Shown: piece by piece, positions 55,097 through 62,396 of the stretch
Numbering within the stretch: position 1 is the stretch's first letter
Layout: each line of letters starts with the position of its first letter
NCBI GenBank assembly: GCA_965247605.1
Contig: CBDFHM010000011.1
Span: 86,932-150,931, forward strand
DNA length: 64,000 nt
Source of the DNA: Dehalococcoidia bacterium
GTDB lineage: Bacteria > Chloroflexota > Dehalococcoidia > Lucifugimonadales > UBA3495
Reading direction: 5' to 3'
Translations under genes and position numbers: made by a program
Notes under the pieces: generated by a model
What the model saw: the letters and a program-made list of their open reading frames with translations, nothing else
Databases searched by the model: none
What the model was told of the DNA's origin: nothing

Positions 55097-55284
55097 ACAC
55101 AATAGCGCACATGCTAGCCATGGTGGCGCTGCTCTGGTTGGGCGTGGATTACGGCTACGGAACGCTTGCCGAGCCGAATATCGGATTTGTGTTCTCGATG
55201 ATGTTCTTTCTTTGGATACCGCTGACGTTCAAGGCAGTTCTAGACGATATCCACCGGGCTGGGAGGAAGGATGACGGCGAGTAG
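55093..55284 (+). CDS. Small hydrophobic protein (63 aa, 2 TM, charged C-terminus)
   Basis: TTGA overlap (alternative ATG at 55111). MLAMVALLWLGV...FVFSMMFFLWIPLTF...HRAGRKDDGE. Confidence 0.5.
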   Translation: MNTIAHMLAMVALLWLGVDYGYGTLAEPNIGFVFSMMFFLWIPLTFKAVLDDIHRAGRKDDGE

Positions 55285-55561
55285 GGCGGTTAACTATATC
55301 GCCAACGAGTTGTTGGCCTTCACCATCGGCATCAGCGTGTTCTGGGCCTACGGAGTCCTAATGGTGGGGCTGCTTGCAGTCAGTCCGGCGGTGTTGGCGT
55401 TCGCGGCAGGACAGGGTGGCGGCGGCGTTTGCCTGGTACCTGGTAATAATCACCGTGCCAATGAGCGTTATGGGCTGGATGGAGATGAAACATCGGGGTT
55501 GGTGTCTGGCTCCATCCTTCACGCCAGCCCAATAACGATATCTTGCCTGTGCGAACGATAG
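55271..55561 (+). CDS. Small membrane protein (96 aa, 2 TM)
   Basis: LLAFTIGISVFWAYGVLMVGLLAVSPAVLAFAAG. Overlaps the upstream gene by 14 nt. Confidence 0.45.
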   Translation: MTASRAVNYIANELLAFTIGISVFWAYGVLMVGLLAVSPAVLAFAAGQGGGGVCLVPGNNHRANERYGLDGDETSGLVSGSILHASPITISCLCER

Positions 55562-55693
55562 TGGCCGCACCCGTCACAGTGATGTTGCTGGGTGGGGTGA
55601 TTGCAGGGATTTACGCGTCGTAGACGCCTGCAAGCCTTGACGTTTCCTAGGAAACGCAGCTCCGCCATCTTCCCAATGGGGCAGGAGGGACAG

Positions 55694-56752
55694 ATGCCGA
55701 AATGCTCACCCGATCGGCGCCGCCGGCGTAGCGTCTGGCTGCTCCTAACTGCGTTCGTAGCGGCTTGGCTGGCCTCCCACGCGCTGGCCGCAGTGGTTTT
55801 CGCCATCTCAGACCCCGACGCGCTGCCCAGCATCGATAGGGTCCTGGCTTACCAGGGCGTGCTGGAGACCGGCGACCTCTTAATCGTCGTGGAATATGAC
55901 CTGCCCTATGCCAGCACACCCACGGAAATAGTGAGCGATACCTATTTCGCCACCTTCCGGCGGGCTACGACGGTCCTGAATTCCGTGGAACCCTTCGCCT
56001 TCAATAACAAGGGTTACGGTGTGGGCGTGTTCAGCTTCTATTGGACGGCCAGCGAGGTATCCACCGATTCCATCGAATTCAGCAACACCAACAGCGAGGA
56101 CTACAAGGTGACGCTCCAAGGCAAGGTGGGCGTATTCCCCGGGTCAGTTCCCAGCACGACCACCGGCACCATAACCTGGGACACCAGTGGGACCGCCGGG
56201 CTGCAATCCTACATATCCGACCATGCCTATGTCCTAGAGAACAACTCTGCTTGGGCCGCCAACAGTCAGGACCTAATCGCCAATACGGTCGGCGTCAATC
56301 AATTGACGGACACCGGTGCGGAGTACTTCTCAAATGCGGTGCCGCAATCGCGGAACATGGTCCCAGACCTTTTCCCCTCGGGCGTCACGGCGATTGGGTT
56401 CACCGAGGAAACGTTCAGCGACTCCCACAACAACAGCATCAATGACTTCTGGGCCACGGATGGGAACTGGGTGGACCAGCGGTTCCAAACTCTGGCGGAC
56501 CGGTACGAAGCGCCCAAATCGGTCATCACGTCGATGGTCGCCCTATTCTTTATGTTCTTGATCGTCTGGTCCGTCGCAAAGGTTTTGGGAAATGAAAGCA
56601 ACTCGTGGCAGTTCGGCATGATGACGCTGGCGCTGACCCTGCCGCTCTTCGGAGCCATCAACTGGATACCGATGGACATCGTATTGGCGGTGGCCTCGAT
56701 CGGCGTCCTTGGCATCGTATGGACGCTGTTTCTGCGGAGGTCTGGGGCGTGA
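55694..56752 (+). CDS. Secreted protein with C-terminal triple TM anchor (352 aa)
   Basis: GGAGGGACAG-ATG at 55694. Signal peptide MPKCSPDRRRRRSVWLLLTAFVAAWLASHALA, a beta-rich S/T-rich ectodomain, and a C-terminus with three hydrophobic helices. Confidence 0.7.
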   Translation: MPKCSPDRRRRRSVWLLLTAFVAAWLASHALAAVVFAISDPDALPSIDRVLAYQGVLETGDLLIVVEYDLPYASTPTEIVSDTYFATFRRATTVLNSVEPFAFNNKGYGVGVFSFYWTASEVSTDSIEFSNTNSEDYKVTLQGKVGVFPGSVPSTTTGTITWDTSGTAGLQSYISDHAYVLENNSAWAANSQDLIANTVGVNQLTDTGAEYFSNAVPQSRNMVPDLFPSGVTAIGFTEETFSDSHNNSINDFWATDGNWVDQRFQTLADRYEAPKSVITSMVALFFMFLIVWSVAKVLGNESNSWQFGMMTLALTLPLFGAINWIPMDIVLAVASIGVLGIVWTLFLRRSGA

Positions 56753-56901
56753 TACCGCTGCTGTTTGCCCCACTGCGGCTAGCGTTGGCCGCAGCGGGCC
56801 TGGTAACCAACCTCATTTCCAATCTGCTGGGCGCCCTGTTCATGTTGGGAGCGGTGGGCATTATCGCCGTGGTGGTGGTGGCTTGGTACAGCAGCACTTA
56901 G
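56749..56901 (+). CDS. 50-aa hydrophobic protein (major-coat-like or pilin-like in size)
   Basis: GTGA overlap with the upstream stop. Sequence (M)IPLLFAPLRLALAAAGLVTNLISNLLGALFMLGAVGIIAVVVVAWYSST. Confidence 0.45.
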   Translation: MIPLLFAPLRLALAAAGLVTNLISNLLGALFMLGAVGIIAVVVVAWYSST

Positions 56902-58244
56902 CCCGCAGTCTCATAGCCCTGATGGTCTTTGTGAGCCTCGCCGTTCTGGGCGCGACTCTGACGGCCCGTGCGCTGAACGCTCAAACCACCGTGACATCCG
57001 CCCTCTACACCATAAGCATCAACACCACCAATATCGGGTCAACCGACCTTGCCAGTATCCAGGCGCCCTTCAATATTTCGGTGGTCTCTCTGATCGATGG
57101 CAGTTTCTTGTCCTCCGACGCCCTCACCGCCATCGTGCAGAAGAGCGGAACCGACATCCCTTCCATGCCCGCCACCGGCCTGATACAGGTTGAGGGAGCG
57201 ATCCAATTCGCAGGCGCCACCTATACCGAATACACTACCGCCGCCCAGAACGCCGCCCAGAACGACATCCCGGTGCTTCCGGGGTCCCCGGCGGTGAATG
57301 ACGCCATATATTTCGGGTGCGACAATCCTTGCCGAATCATCACCTGGGATACGGACACCGCTGGTGTTGGCACCTGGACAATCACCTATGAATACTGGGA
57401 CGGCAGTAATTTCACCGCCCTGTCCAATGTCGATGACCGCACCAACGGCTTCACCGTCTTGGGCCAGAAGGCGGTAACGTGGGATATGCCGGCCGATTGG
57501 GCCACCCGCACTATTACCGGCTCCGCCGTGTCGTCGTATTGGGGCCGCGCCCGGGTGAGCGCCTTCACCAGCATCACCACCCAGCCGCTGGCGTCCCGGA
57601 TCCGGTATGAAAACGGTCAATGGTGGACCTGGATAGCGGACCTTGATGTAGACAACCAGGAACAGGTAACGCTCTATTTCGGAGGCCCCTCTAATCTAGT
57701 TACCAGCCACCAGTTATTCCCTGGCGTCTCTGGCATCATCACCGGTGATACTGCAGGGCTTGAGCTGGGGAGTGCCTATTCCGTGGCCGTCAACGGCAGG
57801 TTGGACTTCAGCGCTGCTGCAGCCGACGCCTGTATTCTTTGCAAGACCGGCGCTATTACCGTGAATGTCAGCGGGTCCGCCTCCAACGCCGTGATCGGCA
57901 CGCTGTTGATAGGCACCGGCGGCAATAGCGCCGCTGACACGCCGTCGCTGACAATACCGGACGCCGGTGCGCAGACGGTCATTGTGGCTTCGGACGGCGT
58001 GAGCGCGTCTGCCACTTGGGTAGACGCTGGCGGGTTTCGCAGCTATGCGCCGCAGACGATTACAGATACTGCCAATAACCTAACGTGGGCCAGCAACAGC
58101 GGCGTCGACTACATTGAGGCGATACGGTTGGACGTGGCGGTGGCGACGGTGTTTGACTTTGACACCGGCTACACAGACTTTACCGGTGGGACTTTGACGA
58201 ACACAGACGCCTATACCGGCGCACTGGGCTTGGCCAATGAGTAA
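56883..58244 (+). CDS. Secreted or anchored beta-rich structural protein (about 450 aa; start is TTG 56883 or ATG 56922)
   Basis: N-terminus ARSLIALMVFVSLAVLGATLTARALNA. The rest is rich in T/S/G/A/N with no TM segment, the composition typical of fibre or spike proteins. Confidence 0.65.
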   Translation: MVQQHLARSLIALMVFVSLAVLGATLTARALNAQTTVTSALYTISINTTNIGSTDLASIQAPFNISVVSLIDGSFLSSDALTAIVQKSGTDIPSMPATGLIQVEGAIQFAGATYTEYTTAAQNAAQNDIPVLPGSPAVNDAIYFGCDNPCRIITWDTDTAGVGTWTITYEYWDGSNFTALSNVDDRTNGFTVLGQKAVTWDMPADWATRTITGSAVSSYWGRARVSAFTSITTQPLASRIRYENGQWWTWIADLDVDNQEQVTLYFGGPSNLVTSHQLFPGVSGIITGDTAGLELGSAYSVAVNGRLDFSAAAADACILCKTGAITVNVSGSASNAVIGTLLIGTGGNSAADTPSLTIPDAGAQTVIVASDGVSASATWVDAGGFRSYAPQTITDTANNLTWASNSGVDYIEAIRLDVAVATVFDFDTGYTDFTGGTLTNTDAYTGALGLANE

Positions 58245-61200
58245 GAGTAAGTACCGCCTATTTCTAGCAGCGTCCATAATCGCCTTTGCGGTGCTATGGG
58301 GCGTTTTCGCTTCGCTTCACTACACCATGGCGCCGGTTGGTGCCGCAGGCCCCGACTTCCGCATTATCGCCGTCAGCGAACACGATGGTCATTTGTTGGT
58401 CGAGGTCGAACACTTCAACCCTGACGGCGACTTCTCGTACTTCGAAAACTACATATGGCAAGGCCGTGAGGGCACCCGCAAGCCGCGGCTACTGGACGCC
58501 CAAGGCTTCCTACAACTTGAAAGCGGTGGCACAGCCCCTTGGAGGCTGGATACCGATAGCCGGCTCATCGAGTACCTGCCGGAAGGACAGGAGTGGCTAC
58601 GGAGTTCAGAGCCTCATTTAGACGACGCCAGCATCCTAAGCGTTATCCAGCAAGTACACACCTCCCGGACCGAAACCGGTTGGGCGCGAGGCCAAAGCCG
58701 CCTATCGGAACCGCCGCTTCAGCCACGCGCCGCCGACACAGCAGGCATCGGTACCCTGTTGAGCACGTTCCAACCCCTGGCCGATACAGCCTACCTATCG
58801 AGCGAAACCGGCACAATCATGGCTTACGCCGGCTCACTCCCAGCCGTCAACCCGGGTCTCGGGCTGGTCGAATACGGGACCATCACCACCGTCTACCCTG
58901 ACGCCCATACAGAAACCGATACTGTGGACGGCGACCTGGCCGACAATAACACTGGCCCTGACGCTGTTTGGGGCACGTTCAGAGCCGCCGGCGGGCTCCG
59001 CTGTTGCGGGGCCAGCGACAGCGGCGCCACGGCGATCAGCGGGCATTCTACCGGCGGCACGACCGACCTATGGAACCAGTGGCATCGCTATATCGCGCTG
59101 TTCGACGCCAGCGGCATTGCCGACACCGATCAAATAACCTCGGCAACCCTGGATATCGTTCTAACGGCGTCCAACGACGACTTTACCGACAGCGTGTCGA
59201 TGGTAACCAGCACGCCGGCCTCCAACACGTCTTTGACCGCAACTGATTACGCTCAACTCGGCACGACCAAGCAAGCGGGTGACATTGCGATTGCCAGTTT
59301 CACGGTCGATAGCTCCACCTACAACAGCTTCACGCTAAATTCAACTGGGCTTGGCAACATCAGTAAGACCGGAATTACTAAGTTTGGCCTGCGGTCCACC
59401 CAAGACAACGACGACGCAGAGCCAACATGGTCTGCGGACGATAACAGCACCATCACGTTTGCCACGGCCGATGAGGTCCTGAGCGGCGACAAACGGCCCC
59501 GGCTGGTCATAACCCACTTCGCTATTACCGCTGCCGTCACCGGCACCATCGGCGGTGGCGCTAGTGAGCAGGAAGTGCGCGACGGTGGAACCATCATCGT
59601 GACTCTGACCAACGATACTTGGGTAGCGGCCGGGGCGACGTTCGACGCGCAGCGCCAAGCGATCATCAACGGCCTAGACGCCGCTGAGGCGGAACCTGAC
59701 GGATGGAACGCCCGCATCCGAGACCAACTCGGGCTTGGGTCCGTCGTGCGAACCTCTGGCACCGTCGCCACCATTACAATCACTGAAGCCGAAGCAGGCG
59801 ATTACCGGGTTGCCGCTGCAGAGACCGTTACCGCTACTGTCCCCAACGCAGCGTTGGTGCTGGGGTTTTCCGATCTGACCGCCACGCCAACCATTGCGTT
59901 AACTGCCGCTGCAGAAGCTGTTGCGGTTACCGGCACACTGTCTGACGGCGGCACGCCAGCCGAGATCGTAGCGGGTGGCCAGACGGTCATTCTTAGTCTG
60001 GCCAATACTGTTTGGTCTTCTGGCGGTTCTGCTGCTACCACCGGGGCTGGGCAGTTTGTTGCAGCCAACAGCGAATATCTCAGCATCGCCGACAACCCCA
60101 GCCTGTCCACCGGGGATATCGACTTTACAATGCTCGGATGGGTTTACCTAGATAGCGGCGATTCTAACCAAACATTCTTCGCTAAGTCACAAGATGCAGG
60201 GGACAACAGCGAATATGTTGTCCAATATTTGACCAGCAACGATAAATTTCGGTTTGTTGTTAGCCCGGATGGGACATCTAACACAACGGCTGTAACGGCC
60301 AATGTCCTCGGCGTGGCTTCAACCGGCACCTTCTATTTCATCGTTGCCTGGCATTCTGCTGCGGCCAACACGATTAACATCCAAGTCAATGACGGAACGG
60401 CGGATTCTGGAGCATATTCTTCTGGGTTATCAGACCAAGATGGAGACTTTACAATCGGGTCTGAGCATGGTGGCGGAACGTCGATGGATGGGCGTGGAGC
60501 ATCTGTTCTTTTCTGCAAATGCATCTTTACCGCTCCGGAAAAGTCATGGCTCTACAACAGCGGCAGCGGACGACGATACCACGAATTGGGGATTGCTGGT
60601 ACGGCATGTTCGAACTGCACAACTTCGCTTGAGGGAGCTTGGGATCTCTCCGAAACTTCCGGCTCCCGTGCAGATTCCCACGGGTCTAACACGCTCACAG
60701 ACAACAATACAGTAACCAGCGCAGGGTGGGCCGTAAATGATTTTTCGACGGCTGAACAACAGGCTATTTTAGACGGCCTAGATTCGGACCTATCGGATCA
60801 GAACGGATGGGACTCCCAAACTTTTGCCACTAGCGACGTCGTTAAAGATTCAAGCACGCGGGCCACCATCACCTTAACCGCTGAGAGTGATTACGCCATA
60901 CCTGCCACTGAGACCATAACCCCAACGGCGCCAGCGGCCGCCATGGTATTCGGTGAAAACTTGGCTGGTTCCACCTTCAATATCACCGCCAGCTTCCAAG
61001 CGTCCGGCACAAGAGTATCTGAGGCCATCGACCTGAGTTCGGTTACCGATGTGGCCTACTGCGCGTTGGGGTGGGAGGCGACCACGCCCACTAACACCAC
61101 GGTCGCTGTTGAAACTTCGGTGAACGGCGGCACCGATTACTCCCTCGCCGCCAACGGATCTTGTCCGACCGGCATCGCTGTGGGCGCAACGCTGGCCGCC

Positions 61201-61833
61201 ATTACCGATTTCCGTCTCAGAATAACCCTCTCTACCACCGACAGCAGCGTTACACCACTGGTGACCGCCATTGGCCTGATTATCGAAGACGACTCTGGGC
61301 AAGACCTGTATTACCAGCTCAATACCACGCCCAGCGCGACTCTGACAGACCGAAGCGGGAATTCCAATACTGGGACCATGAGCTTCCCCGTGGCCCCAAG
61401 CGGGATATCCACCACTAGTGACCCGTTGGAATCAACCGCTGCGCAACTAACCACCGGGCAGGCACTGAGTCTTTCCGAAGTGGCCTCAACCGTATCCGGG
61501 GCAGCCGTGTCCTCTAACCTGTTCAACACAACAGAGACCGGAGATGCCGATATCCCGGGCTACGGGCTGGTTTCCGCCATCGCCGGCGCGGGAGACAAAT
61601 TACCCATCCGGCTTGTATGGTTCCTTTTCTTCGGGTTCGTCACCATTGTGGCTGGTGCTCTGACCATGATGGCCACCAAGAGCCTCGCCCTTGCCGGGCT
61701 CGCCATGGCCTCCACGCTGGGGTTCGGCGCCACGATCAACTCAGGCCTGATACCTGGATGGATCATTTGGGTATACCTGCCGGTCATGGGAGCGATGGTC
61801 CTCATAGGCACGAGAAATCGGCTGCCGGTATGA
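58237..61833 (+). CDS. Giant (1198 aa) surface protein: N-terminal TM/signal, repeated ~100-aa modules, LamG (concanavalin-like) domain, C-terminal triple TM anchor
   Basis: YRLFLAASIIAFAVLWGVFASL. LamG_3-like DFTMLGWVYLDSG..QTFFAKS...YVVQY...FRFVVS...GTFYFIVAWHS..NTINIQVNDG. C-terminus LVWFLFFGFVTIVAGALTMMA..LALAGLAMASTLGF...WIIWVYLPVMGAMVLIG. Confidence 0.85.
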   Translation: MSKSKYRLFLAASIIAFAVLWGVFASLHYTMAPVGAAGPDFRIIAVSEHDGHLLVEVEHFNPDGDFSYFENYIWQGREGTRKPRLLDAQGFLQLESGGTAPWRLDTDSRLIEYLPEGQEWLRSSEPHLDDASILSVIQQVHTSRTETGWARGQSRLSEPPLQPRAADTAGIGTLLSTFQPLADTAYLSSETGTIMAYAGSLPAVNPGLGLVEYGTITTVYPDAHTETDTVDGDLADNNTGPDAVWGTFRAAGGLRCCGASDSGATAISGHSTGGTTDLWNQWHRYIALFDASGIADTDQITSATLDIVLTASNDDFTDSVSMVTSTPASNTSLTATDYAQLGTTKQAGDIAIASFTVDSSTYNSFTLNSTGLGNISKTGITKFGLRSTQDNDDAEPTWSADDNSTITFATADEVLSGDKRPRLVITHFAITAAVTGTIGGGASEQEVRDGGTIIVTLTNDTWVAAGATFDAQRQAIINGLDAAEAEPDGWNARIRDQLGLGSVVRTSGTVATITITEAEAGDYRVAAAETVTATVPNAALVLGFSDLTATPTIALTAAAEAVAVTGTLSDGGTPAEIVAGGQTVILSLANTVWSSGGSAATTGAGQFVAANSEYLSIADNPSLSTGDIDFTMLGWVYLDSGDSNQTFFAKSQDAGDNSEYVVQYLTSNDKFRFVVSPDGTSNTTAVTANVLGVASTGTFYFIVAWHSAAANTINIQVNDGTADSGAYSSGLSDQDGDFTIGSEHGGGTSMDGRGASVLFCKCIFTAPEKSWLYNSGSGRRYHELGIAGTACSNCTTSLEGAWDLSETSGSRADSHGSNTLTDNNTVTSAGWAVNDFSTAEQQAILDGLDSDLSDQNGWDSQTFATSDVVKDSSTRATITLTAESDYAIPATETITPTAPAAAMVFGENLAGSTFNITASFQASGTRVSEAIDLSSVTDVAYCALGWEATTPTNTTVAVETSVNGGTDYSLAANGSCPTGIAVGATLAAITDFRLRITLSTTDSSVTPLVTAIGLIIEDDSGQDLYYQLNTTPSATLTDRSGNSNTGTMSFPVAPSGISTTSDPLESTAAQLTTGQALSLSEVASTVSGAAVSSNLFNTTETGDADIPGYGLVSAIAGAGDKLPIRLVWFLFFGFVTIVAGALTMMATKSLALAGLAMASTLGFGATINSGLIPGWIIWVYLPVMGAMVLIGTRNRLPV

Positions 61834-62396
61834 GCACAAATCTTTACATGGGACTCGTTACAGCGTTCATCGCTCTTACCATCTTGTCTTTCGTTGTCGA
61901 TAGCGCCGTGGGAATTGCCTCGACCAACCTAACATCTAAGGTCACCGCGGCCGCAACCACAATCCCGGTAAACACCACCCAGGGATTTAAGGCGACGAAT
62001 GGCCGGATTATCGTTCAGGGCGAGGCTATCTGCTACACCGCGTTGACGGCGACATCATTCACCGGCGCCACCCGTGGATGTTTGGATACCACCGCCAGCC
62101 CGCATTCCACTAACGACCGCGTGTATACCGAATCCGCCGGGCGCATCAATGACCTGGTCCAGTTCAATGAAGCTTCGAGCACGATCGACGATAGCAGCGG
62201 CGGCATCGTGGGGGCCATTAAAGGCACCGTCAGCGCCCTCAAAGCCGTACCAGGGTTTCTCGGCGACATCGCCCACATGCTGGCGTGGGATTACAGCTTC
62301 TATGACGGCAACATGGTCTATTTCAAGTACATCTTTCTGTATCCATTAAGCGCAGGGTTGGTCCTGGGCGGGCTGATGCTGTTGAGGGGGGTTTAG
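61830..62396 (+). CDS. Hypothetical bitopic membrane protein (188 aa)
   Basis: ATGA overlap with the upstream gene. N-terminal TM LYMGLVTAFIALTILSFVV and C-terminal TM YIFLYPLSAGLVLGGLMLL. Confidence 0.6.
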   Translation: MSTNLYMGLVTAFIALTILSFVVDSAVGIASTNLTSKVTAAATTIPVNTTQGFKATNGRIIVQGEAICYTALTATSFTGATRGCLDTTASPHSTNDRVYTESAGRINDLVQFNEASSTIDDSSGGIVGAIKGTVSALKAVPGFLGDIAHMLAWDYSFYDGNMVYFKYIFLYPLSAGLVLGGLMLLRGV

